Of a stretch of 64,000 bases of DNA, positions 43,592 through 58,799 are shown piece by piece. Within the stretch, counting starts at the first letter, position 1. Every line of letters begins with the position of its first letter. This stretch comes from Octopus sinensis (taxonomy: Eukaryota), in assembly GCF_006345805.1 (NCBI RefSeq), contig NC_043012.1, positions 23,312,001 through 23,376,000 on the forward strand, read 5' to 3'. Both the position numbers and the translations under genes were made by a program. The notes beneath the pieces are model-generated. The model ran no database searches, was not told where the DNA came from, and was given only the letters and a program-made list of their open reading frames with translations.

Positions 43592-44699
43592 TAGAATAAA
43601 TTAAAATAGAAAAACATAACAAGAAATGATCAACGTAACTGCTGATTTCTGTCTCCAAGATAATTAGCGTGGTTTATCAGTATCTTCAAAGACCTCTGAG
43701 CACTGGCAGCAAAGTATCTCTGCATAGAGTAACTGAAATTGCTGGGCAAAAATGGTAATCAGGCCTACATTTTAACTGCTGGTTCTATGAAAGAGCAAGA
43801 ATAGAGACATGCTGGCTGCTTTGTCCAAAGACATACACATGGCAATTTCCGCTTAAGTAGTGAAAATTTATCACTTTCCTTTTCATTCCCTATCTTCATA
43901 TTTTTATTTTATTTTTTTTTTTGTTTTGTTTTTGTTTTCAGGGAAGAAGGAAAGGAATGAGAAATCTTGGAAGCAATTGAAGAATTCATTGGCACACAAT
44001 CAAGAAATTATATTCTGCAGTTGCTTACAGCTCTGGATGAAGAGGAACAGCAACATGTCTGAGTTACTTTGTTCTTCTGATGGCAAGATTTAGTTGTTAA
44101 AGCAGCAAATTCTAGTCAAATAACAAGTAAATTCAATTCCATTGGTAAAATGGTAGAATAACTTTTGAAAAGAAGAATCTGCTAACAGTATTGGTGGAAT
44201 TATGGTCCAATGGAAACACTTCATGTTTGGAATTTGCAGCCCTCTTTAGATTCCCAACTGAAATCATTCCTTTACATTACCAGTGTTCTCTGGAACTGCG
44301 TGAGCACCACAAATTTCCAAATGTTTTCCTTCACGTGTCTAAGAATTTATGCTGAAGAAATGATGTGTAAGAAAGGACTTGAGAGGAAATAAGTATTGTG
44401 TGTGGAGTTCTTCCTCCAAAATGTCTCTCAATGACCTTGAGAGCTGAGCCAAGAGAATTCAATTACCTGGAGGAATTTCCCATGCTAGATAGGCCAAAAG
44501 ACAGGTCAAACCTACATGGATCACTTCACTCCAAAAATAAAAATGGATTTGTGTAGGGCCAACATCCTTACCGAGACAAAAAAAAAAAAAACCAAAGTTA
44601 CAAAAGCATTGATGATAATTCTAAACCAACAAAATCAGGGAGAATAAGGCCTTTCCGTAGGGAAACATGTGATGTGGTTAAAAAAAATCTGAAAGGAAA

Positions 44700-44885
44700 C
44701 CAACATCCTACATCACACACCAGGGCCTGACCTGGGTTGCACAAGACAGGAGGAAGAGGAGACACCCTAAAAGGAAGTGGAGGCAGGTTACAGAGGCTGA
44801 GCTGGAAAAGCAGGAATCTAGCTGGTGAGAAGCAGAAAAGATTTGAGAAGAGTCAAGGAAAGCCATCAACAGCCTATGCTTTTAA
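44700..44885 (+). pseudogene. Highly decayed RTE LINE C-terminus
   Basis: Reads KRRHPKRKWRQVTEAELEK..SW*EAEKI...INSLC, resembling the RTE terminal RGRPK.TW...AE pattern. Confidence 0.5.
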
Positions 44886-45130
44886 GAGAGGGAACTCCCT
44901 ATAGAACATAGACTTAAATGATAACTATAAAGCTACTCAGTTCTAACAATGGATATACAACAAGAAGTGAAAAATGCATGAAGACAGGTGTTTAGATTTT
45001 CCAGGTGCAGTCGGTGGCAAGGAAACCTTTGCAATTATGTTTATGGTAAACCATTAAAATGCAGCCGGTGAATCAGTATTTCTTGTTGGTGCAGAAATGG
45101 CTATAAAGAAGCTCACTTTGCAGCCATGTT

Positions 45131-45560
45131 GGGATCTTTTTGGTTTGAACGGCAGTTTTTTCTAGCGGCGTCATATGAAATTGTCACCCATAATTATGAC
45201 CCTATTATCGATCTATTGCATTTCAATGTTTTAGGGTTAGGGTTAGTTAGGGTTAGGGGTGGGGGGAAGGGTATCTTTTTTTTTTCTTCACAAATGTAAA
45301 TAAACCCAATTGGTTTCTTAAACGAGGGACATATTCATACGACACAGAATGTTGTTTACCTCAATGGACGTCACTGATTGGTTGAAATTGCAGAAATTGA
45401 AGAAAAAAAACAACAAATATCTTACAAACTATAGAATTTTCTCAATAAAGCCAACAGAAAAAGATGTTTTATAAACACATTCTACCAGTATACGAAGTTT
45501 AACATTTTTTAGTTACCTAGAAATTATGTTAAAAACTGCCGTTCAAACCGAAAAGATCCC
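45131..45560. mobile_element. Unclassified MITE, 430 bp, with internal TTAGGG repeats
   Basis: 30-bp TIR gggatcttt(t/c)ggtttgaacggcagttttt-like ends; possible 6-bp TSD c(a/g)tgtt; inserted in a decayed SINE A head. Confidence 0.85.
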
Positions 45561-45662
45561 CGTGTTGTTTCAAGTAAAGAACCACTGCACAACACTATGG
45601 GCAAATGTCTAATACTATAAGCTCCAGGCAAACTAAAGCCCAGTGGGTGAATTTGGTAGACA

Positions 45663-45701
<39 letters not shown>

Positions 45702-46229
45702 TTTGTGCTAGTACATGCCACTGCCACCACTTGACAACTGTAAAGAAAACTTTCACATGTCACAACATGTCAGTAAGCTTGGATATCCTTTCACAGTGGA
45801 CTACAGGCCAATAACACCAACAGAAGCCATTGTTTAAAACTCAACAAACATGAGAGAAACACAAACTCACTCACACCAAACTATATGTGAAATGTGTGTG
45901 TGTTTGCGTGTTTTGTGTATGTGTGTGCGTGTGCATGCACGTGCCTAAACACAGGTATGATCAATTTTGATTCTCTTTAATTAAAAAAACATTTAATTAA
46001 TAATTAAACATGAAAGAAAAACCGAAAGTATTTTACGTATAGTTTAGAATAATAACATTTCAGTTATTTCAGTTAATTCTTCATGATTCTCAGTGTCCCA
46101 GTTCCATTTCCCAGATAAACTAATGATATTAATGGTACAACTTTGATGTAATTTGCAGTAAGTCACAAATATTCTTCAGATCAACTTTATAACAGTTAAA
46201 TTCATTAGATGGATTTAAAATTAACCAAA

Positions 46230-46276
<47 letters not shown>

Positions 46277-46529
46277 TTTATAGAAAAGAACAAAAGAGCA
46301 AACAATCAGATTGTCAGTAGGTTCTAGTTCCTTACGGCCGTTTCTGCTGTTACATAATGTGAATTTCTCTGTAAACATAATGTGAACTACTACCTAAATT
46401 CCCCCTTCCTGAAAAAAACTCCCCCTGAGAACAACTATATTCACCTATCTACAACTGAACGAAATAACATGGATCTTAGAATACATCACAGGAAGTCTGT
46501 AGCTTATTCCCCAAATAATTTTAATAAGT

Positions 46530-46588
<59 letters not shown>

Positions 46589-48849
46589 ATTGCAGTGAAT
46601 TCTATTGGTCACTTTTGCTGAACTGCTAAGTTACAGAAATGCAAACAGAGAAGCACTAGTTGTCAAGTGGTGGTGGTGGTGGTGGGGACAAACACAGACA
46701 GACAGACAGGCAGGCAAACAGACAGACAGACAGACAGACAGACATACATACATACATATATACGATGAGCTTCTTTCAGTTTCCATCTACAAAATCTTCT
46801 CACAAAACTTTAATTGGCTTGAGGCTATAGTAGAAGACACTTGCTCAAGGTACCATGCAGTGGGACTGAACTCGGAAAGCTTCTTACCAGACCGTCATGC
46901 CTGAGCCTCTCATTTGCATACATGTCATGTGATCACATGACTGACCATGTCATCAGCTGTTGTTACACATCGTTGGTCACAATGCATGCTTTGTATCATT
47001 TTAGCCTTCACATGTCACTCCACTGGGTAGGAGAGCAGGTCAACATTCCCTCCTGGTCAAAAGGGGACTTGAAGCAATGTGAAATGAAGTGTCTTGTTCA
47101 AGAACACAACATGTTGCCCAGTCAGGGAATCAAACCCATGACCTGTTACATATGCCTCAGTGTTCAATAATTAATTAATTAATTATGTCACACTATAAAT
47201 GCAATCTATTGATGCAACATACATAATTAAAATGAACACATTCTCAGACAGAGGTGGTATACACACAAACATACACACATGTACAAGGCTGTAAGCTTCA
47301 CTTGCAAGATAGACATTGGCACCTTCTCAGCTCTCCCACCCTTGATCCCAAAGGTCATCAAAGACACGACAATTAAAGACAGAGAGGAGGGACAGTACCA
47401 TCACTGACCCAGTACTTGTTTTTATTTTGTTTTTGTTTTTGTTTTTGTTTTCAGCTGAGTAGTTTAAAGTAAAATGAAGTGCTTGGCTCAAGGCCATAGC
47501 ACACTGCCCAGTCCAAGGACGGAAACCATGACCTTATGATTAGAAGCTTAACACTCTAACCAGAACAGATTTCTTTCAGTTTGCATCTACCAAATCAACT
47601 TGCAAGGCTTTGGTCAGTTTAGGGTTACAGCAGAAGGCACTTTCTCGACGTGCTTTGTAGTAGGACTGAACCTGAAATCACGTGGTCTGGAAACAAACTT
47701 CTTAATCATGCAGCCATGCCTGTACCTGATGTGAATATAATATTAAATAGTAAAATATTCCCTTCACTAATATAAAACAATTGTTTTAAATACAGTTGAT
47801 ATTCCCCTGACAAGTCGTAATAAAATTTATGGTCCAATTCATCTTTTTCTGATACACCATATACATTTAAACATATGCTTCTGCAGATAAAGAGCAAAGT
47901 TGAAGCCAAAAAAAAAAAGAAACAAAGAAAAAAAATGGGTTAGATTCTAATCTTACTGCAAAAGGCTTGTCATTTATGCATTCCATTTAACTTCCACTTT
48001 GATGTACTAGCTATGTGGGTACCAGATATAGGTTGTTAAATCTACAAGATAGTTTTATTGGAATTTAAATCAAGGCCTTGTGTTCCTCAGTTCAATGCTT
48101 TCATCGCAGAAGTTTGGCCAAGTGCCATTTAAATTTTTAACTTATTCTCTTATATGTTAAGTGAAAGATAAGTAAAAATTAATATGATTAAAAATGAAAT
48201 AGAAATATATGCTTGAAAGACTACTGTAATTTTTCACAACTTCCCATTTAAAATAAACTGTGAACTGATTTTCTTTCTTTCTTAACCACAGATTTATCAT
48301 TACAGAAAGTCTTATTTATCTTCAAAAAACAAAAATAAGTCCTAAAACATCTAATATACAGAAAAATAATTGTAAAGTAATTAATTGAACAACATAATGC
48401 TTTCATTGTGATTTCATGAGAAATTTATGACCAGAGAACAAATTTGCAACAATTTCTAATTTCTGAAGGAGATTGCTTGAACCAGTTAAAAGCAGAAATA
48501 CAAATTGTCAAAACTGAAATACTTAAAAGTACATTTCTTAAAAGTGTTCTCTTCAATCATACTTTTTTTTTTTAGTCTCCAGTTTATATTTGCTACTCTT
48601 CTAATATTAGTAACTATGTCTACGCAATGTAAGCAACTTTTTTTTAATATATATGAAAAATAATTTCAATAAAGATTACATATATTCACTTCTATTTTTA
48701 ATTATTTGATGTCTTCTTGAATGGAAGATGCTGGTTTCTATCAAATATATAAAGCTCTATTGTTCGACTGTAGATAAAAAGAAATTTCACATTTTGAACT
48801 TGAGAAAAGTTTTGCCTATTTTTACTGTTCTACTTACAGATTTTATGTG

Positions 48850-49290
48850 TAATGTGCATATTGTCTTCCCAATAGCAACATATGGATATGAGACCTGGAC
48901 ACTAAAGAAAGCTGACCAGAAGAGAATTAATGCATTCGAGCTTTGGTGTTGGAGAAGACTTTTACGGATTCCATGGACAGCGAGGCTCACCAATGGAGAA
49001 GTTCTTAAGCAGATCAGACCGAAAATGTTGCTAGAAGCTAGGATCACCAAGCATAGATTGGCATATTTTGGTCATATTATGCAGAGAAAATCCCTGGAGA
49101 AGGACATCATGCTCGCAATGGTCAGTGGCAAGAGAGGAAGAGGCCGACCAAGAACCCACTGGCTTGACAGACAAGAGTGATACCGGAATGGACATAGCCA
49201 ATCTGAAAGAAGCGGCCCAGGATAGAACTGATTGGAGGACACTGATCCATCGAGTAACCGAGAGTCGACTTCAACTGAGTGGATAGACCT
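48850..49290 (+). pseudogene. RTE (BovB-like) LINE C-terminal fragment
   Basis: ATYGYETWTLKK..AFELWCWRRLLRIPW..YFGHIMQR..GKRGRGRPRTHWLD, then a frameshift to AAQDRTDWR; stop at 49286. Confidence 0.88.
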
Positions 49291-50863
49291 AGCATGTTAG
49301 CATGTTGATTTCTTTTCTGAAGGCTCCAGCTTTTCCAGATTGTCACTTAAACCATTTACTAACTAAACCAAGTACACTAATTATTTTTGGTATAAATGTG
49401 AATTTGTAATCTATAAAAGTTGGGAGCTTTTCTCTCCCCAAAATTAAACCTTCTTAAAATTTATTTCCTGTTTCTGTTGTCTTATCAGTAAATAAAATAA
49501 AATTTAAAAAACTACATCTGTGTAAAATAAAACATTATTCTCATCTTTTTCCTCCTTATTCGACACCTGTTTTTCATGCTGGCATAGGTTGGACAGTTTG
49601 ACAGAATCCAATGAATTGCAGGACTGCATCAAATTCTGAGGTCAGCTTTGAAATAGTTTCTATGGTTGGATGCCCTTCCTAATGCCAACCACTTCACAAA
49701 GTGTTCTGGGTGCTTCTTTCATGCCACCAGCACTTGTGAGGATGCCATGCAACTTGAAAGACAAGAAAAGGAAAAAAGAAAGCCTCCACTAAATGTGTGT
49801 GTGTGGAGGGGTGGGGGATGGCGTTATGCTAAGTCTTGGGAGTGGTTAAAGTATGATAGAGAGTAAAGTCTAACTCCGTATAGAGAAGGCATATAGCTAT
49901 CAAGCATTATTCAAGGATGGATGAATGGTTAGCTTATTTCAAATCTACAAACTCAAGATTATTCCAATCTATAGGTTTCTTGGAATTTTGCAAAGCAAGA
50001 ACATTGCCTCTTACTCAAAAATATTTTTCTATAGGTTTTCATGTCTTTCTCTTTTGTCTATATACATCGTTCGGTATTTTGGTTTTACCATTCACCTAAT
50101 TTCTTCAGTTTTTCTTACCTCCTTTATTTCTCATCTTTGTATTTTCCAAAATGTAATTTTTAAAAAAAGAATTTTCCTTCTATTTTATCATTATTTACCA
50201 TATTCTTCAAACCAAAACTCAGTAATATTACAGAAACACAATTCAATCCACAGCATTAATATGGAAGTCACATAGAAATGGAAAACATTGCTGCTTCCTC
50301 TCATACACTTACAGTGAATACATCCTTCTAGAAAGAGACCAAGACAACATGTTGTAATCAGAAACATTTCTCAATGGTTAATCCAGTGGACCTTCTTTAT
50401 CTGCCAAACATCTTTTATTTTGTTCTGTTCCAGTGACTACACTCAAACTGTTACTGCTAGCTATACAATAAATAAACTCTTCTAAAGAAATGGAAAGAAT
50501 TAAACCTTAGAAAGAGAATATTTCGCTTTGAAAAGCTGTCACTTTGAATTTGGTTTCAAACTTTGAAAAAGAAAACAAGCTAAGATTATTAAGGCAGTGT
50601 TAGACAAGTGGAACAAGGAGAACAGTAGATAACAGAATCAGGAATGAAGAAAGAAGTAGAAAATATCCATGATTCTATATTTGAGAAGCTTCATAAAAAG
50701 ACACACACACACACATATATATGCACATACATGCACACACACAGACACACACACACACACACACATTTGCTAGAGAATAGGTGAAATTTCCTTAATATAA
50801 AATCCTTGAATGATAAGTACAAGAAGAGCAGAGTGGCATTGTACAAAATACTATATGTACATG

Positions 50864-50894
<31 letters not shown>

Positions 50895-50967
50895 TGTGTG
50901 TGCATGTGTATGACTGTATATGTGAATGAATATATAAACACACACCAACACACACACACACACATAC

Positions 50968-51000
<33 letters not shown>

Positions 51001-52529
51001 TACATATATATACACACACACACATATATATATATATTATCTTTATAAATAGATATATCCGTGTGAGCATATATAGGATTAAACTTGGACACTAGAATTC
51101 TTAAGCACATTCTTAAAGGCAAAATAAGAAATACAAGAAAGAAGCCTACAGCAAGACTGGAATATCATAAAGGATGACAAACAACACTGTACACCAATCA
51201 AAAGGAAAGGCACTCCACCTCCACCACAATGTGGCTCTTTCTACACTGGCATGTTTTAGATGAGGCTTCTTGAGGCACTCTTCCACAACCAGATGTCCTT
51301 CTTATTGCTAACTCTTACTTGTTGTCAAGTAAGATACTTTATTCGACTGCCCTTCATATACTGAGCTTTAAGCCGCAGAACAAAAACCAACAGTCACACA
51401 CAACATCCAGCTGTAGGAACCAAGCCAACGCAGACATTGGAGCATTATATCAATGACTTGTAGGGTCACCATATTTCGTTATGCAATCATGATATACCAC
51501 TAGTTATATTAAACACTTTATAAGTCAATATTGTGTTCTACTGTGTTAGCAGTGCTACATAATGATTATAGCCAGGACTGATTTGTTATAATGTTTCATA
51601 TTTGGATATGTATAATGTAAGCAACAAGGCAACTGGAGATGGAAAGGTAGGTAATAGGTGTATCTGCTTATTTCAAGAGTTCCTGTTCCTTTATCAGCAC
51701 CACTTCCAACTCATTAGCCATTCATCAATACATAGCTTAAATAACCACTAAATATAGCAGTCCAACAGTATTGGATGTACCAATTTTGCATAATAAACAC
51801 ATTCCTAATAGCACTGCTAACACAGTAGGATACAATATTGACTTATAAAGCATTTATTACACATTGTGGTATATTATGATTGCACAACAAAATATGGTGT
51901 CCCTACAAGTAATTAATATGTATGTACCTGCTGCCAGGAATTTGTTTAATTTGTATTGAATAATATTACACTGCTATTGTCAGTGGCAATTTAAGCAAAG
52001 TGTTCATGTATAGTTAATGGGTGTTGGACGTGGGATGTGATACTGAAGAAAGTGCAAGAACTCCTGAAATATGCATATACACCATTACCTATTTCCCTAT
52101 CTTTGATCACTTTGTTATTTATATTAGACATGTTCAGATATGAAATGTCACAAGAAAACAATGCTGGCAATAACTCCTGTAGAAAATCTGGAGAGGTAAC
52201 CTTAACAAGTGATTGTCACATGACGTAGTCTTTGGACACTTCAGATCCTATCAAAGAGTCGAAATCATGCCAATATGGAACACAGTCTTAGGATCACACA
52301 CACACACACACAGATATTTCAAAATATATATTACAGTGTTTAATCTCATTACAGTGATTTTTCTGTGTGGATATTATCTGCTGCTTCAAGCTTGTTAATG
52401 TATTATGCACAAGACGTCATGTCTACAGAATATTAAATTGAATATTGAAATGAATAAAATGACATTATTTTGTATCTGGAAATGGATCTTTCAAAAATGA
52501 TATGGTCCATTTACTTTTCAAATGTTGGC

Positions 52530-52975
52530 ATCACCATCATCGTTTAACGTCTGCCTTCCATGCTAGCATGGGTTGGAACGATTTTGACTGAAGGCTGGCG
52601 AACCAGACTCCAGTCTTAATCTGGCAGAGTTTCTACAGCTGGATGCCCTTCCTAATGCCAACCACTCTGAGTGTAGTGGGTGCTTTTTACGTGCAACCGG
52701 CACAAGGCCAGTCAGGCAGTACTGGCAATGACCTCACTCAAATCTTTTTACACATTCCACCAGCACAGGTGCCAGTAAGGCGACGTTGGTAACAATCACG
52801 CTCGAATGGTGCCCTTTTACATGCCACCGGCACAGAGCCAGTTGGCTGCTCTGGCAACGATCACGCTCGGATGGTGCTCTTGGCACCCTACTAGCATGGG
52901 CACAAGTGCCAGTAAGGCGAAGGTGGTAACGATCACACTTGAATGGTGCCCTTTTATGTGCCACAAATATAGAAA
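52530..52975 (-). mobile_element. RTE LINE 3' tail copy with expanded internal repeats
   Basis: (CAT)n plus gtttaacgtctgccttccatgctagcatgggttgg; about 5 copies of the gtgc.ttttac.tgccacc unit. Confidence 0.78.
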
Positions 52976-53298
52976 TATTTTGCTTCTGTTAGTCATTGGA
53001 CTGCAGCTATGTGCTGGGGTCCAAGTGTCTTGAAGTGTTTTAGCCAAACAAACCAGAGAAAACACTTGCCCAAGGTGGTGCACAGAGTGAGATTGAACTT
53101 GTAACCACATGGTTCCTTCACTCACTCCAAAAAGATCCCAGAAAATCAGATTTTGGTAACTTTTGTATTTGGGCAATTTTGGATAAGGAATAGTCAGTAG
53201 AAGTATCTGAGTTGTGATGGACCAGTTTCATTAATGCCTCTTTTCTTACAATGAATGGCTTTGCACTAAGACAAAATGTACATACATATATATACATG

Positions 53299-53338
<40 letters not shown>

Positions 53339-53958
53339 GGCATGCAAGGCTATAACTGAATGATACAGACAAACATCCTCGAACGAAGGCAACTGCAATC
53401 AATAATGCATGATAAATGAGAATGAAAGTGAGTGTTTATATGGTTGATAAACTGCTGCAGTTATAAGACAAACAATTTTCTCGCAAATGAAATGTCACAA
53501 AAACAATATAAAATTGAAATTAATAAAACTGATAAAAGAAAATTAAAATATTTATTAACTGAGAACAAAGAAAAGAAAATCAAAATACATTTTATAAATT
53601 AAATGTCATCAGTAAAAAAAGCTATTCTTGAAGCATTTTGTCGTAAAAGTTGTGAGAATCAGTTTGCTTTTATTTAGTTGAATACAATAGCTGCTAGTTA
53701 AAATGTTAGAGAAACATATTAACAATAACTGTAATTTATATGTAGGTTCAGCCATGGCTGCACAGTTAGGAGGTTTCCGTTTGAAAATAATGAGGTTGCC
53801 AGTTCAGTCCTGTATGGTGCGTCTTTTTCAACCTTGTGAGAGTCTTAGAACATTGGATAGAATGTTGTGCATTGTTCATTCTGGCTGTCTGAGTCATCAT
53901 CATCATCATTGTTTAATGTCCACCTTCCATGATGGAATGGTTTGGATGGTTCAACAGG

Positions 53959-54187
53959 CGGCGAACTGGCAGAATCGTTAGCACACCGGGCGAAATGCGT
54001 AGCCGTATTTCGTCTGCCGTTACGTTCTGAGTTCAAATTCCGCCGAGGTCGACTTTGCCTTTCATCCTTCCGGGGTCGATAAATTAAGTACCAGTTACGC
54101 ACTGGGGTCGATTCAATCGACTTAATCCATTTGTCTGTCCTTGTTTGTCCCCTCTGTGTTTAGCCCCTTGTGGGTAGTAAAGAAATA
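53959..54187 (+). mobile_element. SINE family B, full length, nested in a LINE tail fragment
   Basis: 11-bp TSD ggttcaacagg at 53948-53958 and 54188-54198; B box gagttcaaattcc. Confidence 0.92.
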
Positions 54188-55332
54188 GGTTCAACAGGAA
54201 CTGACCAGGCAGATGACTGCATCAGACTTCTGTGTCTGTGTTTGGCACAGCTTTTACAGCTGGATGCTCTTCCTAACATCAACCACCCTGTAGAGCACTG
54301 ATTTCAAACCCTGCCAAAGTTGACTTATCCTTTTATCCTTTGTCTTTTGGAACGTATAAATAACGTAAGGGTCTGGGATAGACCCTTTCCCTGTCTGTCT
54401 CCGAAATCAGCAATGGTTACACCTGGAGAGAGAGACTGAGATATAGTCTCTGGCAGGTTTGTGGCAGCCAACACATACCATTTGTTACGATGGTACCCCT
54501 ATGATTGCATCAAAAGTTGATAACGCAAGGTAAAGCAATATGTGAGTGTATGCACCCGTGTTAATAACAATTTTCTGTAACTGAGAGGATCAACAAATAG
54601 AGAATGATAAAATATGTGGTCTGTATTGGGGTTGATATGATTGGCTAAACTCTTGAAAGCAGTTGCTCAGCATGGCTGGAGTCCAATGACTGAAACCAGG
54701 AATGAAACAATATCCATCCGTCCGTCCGTCCGTCCATCTATCTATCTATATATAAATGATTCTTAATGGTTGAACTCAAAGTCAGGTTATAAATGGCACA
54801 TGTAAATATTGGTCTAAAATCTCCTTGGATGGAAGAAACTAAAGGGTTCTGGAAATATGATAGACATTCTACCATTGTACCAAAGCAATCCTTCAAATTT
54901 CTCCAACCATTTCAGAATCTTTTTTTCTCGCCATCAAGAATTAAATGTTATTTACATCATAAGAATTTAGAAACCCCAGGAGACATGAAATACCATATTT
55001 TTTTTTTTAATAGTGGAACTCAAAGTAGTCGAAGCTATTAATAATAACCCTATGTCAACAATAGGTTAAAAACCCTTTCGATGGAAACAGTCAAAGGCTG
55101 GCCTCGTGACTTGAACTCACAACTTCTGTAAACATTTTGTTTCATTCCTTTATCCAACACAGGACTACATCCGAAATGTTATAACTTTTACTCCATAAGT
55201 TTTATTTCATGAATGTCAACCGAAGAGTATTAGCTGTGGATGTCCCTCAGAGTTTTGTTGTTTTTAGTTATTTGTATTTATGCTTTACTCACACACATGT
55301 ATGTGTGTGTGTGGGTATACTCTTTTTTCTTT

Positions 55333-55722
55333 TTAATTGTTTCAGTCATTTGACTGTGGCCATGCTGGAGCACCGCCTTTAGTCGAGCAAATCAACCCCA
55401 GGACTTATTCTTTGTAAGCCTAGTACTTATTCTATCGGTCTCTTTTTCCGAACCACAAAGTTACGGGGACGTAAACACACCGGCATCGGTTGTCAAGCGA
55501 TGTTGAGGGGACAAACATAGGTACACAAACATATACACACACATACATATATATACATATATATACGACGGGCTTCTTTCAGTTTCTGTCTACCAAATCC
55601 ACTCACAAGGCTTTGGTCGGCCTGAGGCTATAGTAGAAGACACTTGCCCAAGGTGCCACGCAGTGGGACTGAATCCAGAACCATGTGGTTCGTAAGCAAG
55701 CTACTTACCACACAGCCACTCC
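55333..55722 (-). mobile_element. SINE family A, full length
   Basis: Reverse complement of the family A sequence. Confidence 0.88.
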
Positions 55723-55730
55723 TATATATA

Positions 55731-55962
55731 TATTTCTTTACTACCCACAAGGGGCTAAACACAGAAGAGACAAACAAGGACAGACAAAAAGATTAAGTCA
55801 ATTACATCGACTCCAGTGCGTAACTGGTACTTAATTTATTGACCCCAGACGGATGAAAGGCAAAGTCGACCTTGACGGAATTTGAACCCAGAGTGTAACG
55901 GCAGACGAAATACGGTAACGCATTTCACCTGGTGTGCTAACGTTTCTGCCAACTCGTCGCCT
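55731..55962 (-). mobile_element. SINE family B, full length
   Basis: Reverse complement of 53959-54187; directly adjacent to the SINE A copy. Confidence 0.85.
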
Positions 55963-56016
55963 TATATATATATATATGTACACACACACATACATATATG
56001 TACACACACACATACA

Positions 56017-56058
<42 letters not shown>

Positions 56059-57769
56059 ATATATATATACACACACCACACAAGTTTTTAGATTCAAAAC
56101 TTATCGTTACAAACATTATAGATAGATCTATTATCATAGTTAATATTTTAATATTGTAAATATGAAAAAAAAAAAAAAAACCTGAATTGAAATGAGTGGA
56201 TGAAACTGCAGGGTAGAAGAGGGAGTGTGGAAATGTGGCAGAGGAGAGACCTAAATAAGAACCAAAAAAAAAAAAGTTAAAAAAAAGTATGAATAAATTT
56301 TTTTTTAAATGCCGTAAAGAAAGACGAAGCATAGGTAGGACTGGGTATGTCTACAAACTGCAGGCTACTCTTAGTTCTCCTTCCTATTGTCTGTGAATAT
56401 ATCCCCATATGCTGTCTTCTCACAGAACTCGCTTTTTACTGCTAACCATTGTTTTTTATTATTGCTGTTAATATTGTTGGTATACTTTTCTTTTTGTGTT
56501 TTATTTTTATTTTTCATAAATTGCCTCGCTTTCAGATTTGCTCTGTTCTACACCAGAAACAATATGAGGTAATTTCCTGCCATCAACTGGAAACTCTATC
56601 TTTCATTCCAATTTTCTTACCCTATTGTTTTCAAGATTTTAGTTTCTATTGAAGAATGGCAATAGAACAAGTGAAAGAAGAAAAAAAAAAAAAAAAAAAA
56701 CAAAGAAATAAAAACATGCACAAATGTACAACAACAACAATAATAATAATAATAAATAATAATGATAATGGCACAAATATATGAAATTGTAAACAAAAGA
56801 TTTAAAAAAATGTAAGTATACAGTACAAATTTACACAAATATACAGACAGGTTTACATAGCTTTGTGTTAACATATGCAATTTTATCTAAACAAACACAC
56901 AAACAGCTGAATTCTTATAGTTACATGCAAACACACAATTATAAATATATTGAGTGGTTTTATACTGTAGTGCGTGTGTGTTATCATAATTACACAGATG
57001 CATGCATGTGTACAATAATTCCATACATAATTACAGATATATATATATATATATATATATAGATGTTCATATAAAACATTTGCATCCTTTCACTTCCAAT
57101 GCAAAGAAAAAAAAAGATATAATAATAATAATAATATAATAATAATAATAATAATAATAAGACATTGTAAAGACAATATTCATTTGTTTAGAAAATAAAG
57201 CATTTAATTTTTCTATCGTTTTCATTTTTATACTAATTTATATATTTATGTATTTAGAATTTTAATAGTTTTTTTTTTTCTTTGCCAAATTAAAAAGTGT
57301 TGTTATTTTTCTTTTAAAAACATCTTATGCTTCTTTCATTTAGAAACATTCTTTTTGATTATCCCAATCATGCTTTCCACTTTGCTCCAACCGAAACCCT
57401 TCCCCTTCACCTCAAATTCTACCATCGTTATTATTTATAAGAATTTTTCTCAATTTTCAATTTTGTTGAACCTCCACTTTTTCCTAACTTCTATATCCTT
57501 TTTCCTTGTATATATCTTCAATAAATGATGCATATTTTCCTGCATGTAGACACACACACATACTTCCTTCTGATGCTCATTTCTTCCGATAATAGATTTT
57601 ATACACATGAAAATATATACATACATACATACATATACACATATATATATATATATGTGTATATATATATATATATATAATATATATATATATATATTAT
57701 ATATATATACATACATACATATATATAAAACACACACATATATATGTATACATATATATATATACACAC

Positions 57770-57815
<46 letters not shown>

Positions 57816-58054
57816 AATATAAACACACATTATATATATATATATACACACGCATACATACATATATATACACATATACACACACACACAAATATAAACA
57901 CACATTATATATATATATATATATATACACACGCATACATACATATATATACACACACAAATATAAACATACATATATATATGTATATATATATATATAC
58001 ACACACACAAATATAAACATACATATATATACACACATATACATACATATATAT

Positions 58055-58086
<32 letters not shown>

Positions 58087-58711
58087 ATATATATATATAT
58101 TATATATATATATATATACATACATACATACATATAATATATATATACATACATACATATATATACATACAAACATATATACACACACACATGCATGCAC
58201 ACGACTGAGTGAACAGATAGAAGAAAGTAGCACTCAACACATTTTGTAATAAAGTTATATTTATGTACACACACACACACACATATAGTCACACAGACAC
58301 ATACATACATACAATAAACTAGCATAACCGTTGATTAGATAAGATTTTTAGGTTGAATACGTAAGATTATGATTGGATCCACTGAGCGATCCGTATTCCT
58401 TTTGGTGTGTTCATTTCACAAGCATCTTTGATATCAATATCTTTAATTCTAACCAGATATTATGAAATTCAAACACAAACTTTGTTAATTCATTTAACTC
58501 ACTTCACAAATGCCCAAGTTTAGAAAAACACTTGTTAATCCCACCATGAGATATCTAAAATATATCACCTCTTCTACTGGAATTTCTTGCTACCCACTTG
58601 GAAATGATTGGGAGTTAGTGACAGTAAGGGTAACAAGCCATAGAAAACATTCCCCAACATACTCTTATTTGACCCATGCAAATATGGAATCAGTGACATT
58701 ACAATGATTAC

Positions 58712-58798
<87 letters not shown>

Positions 58799-58799
58799 G

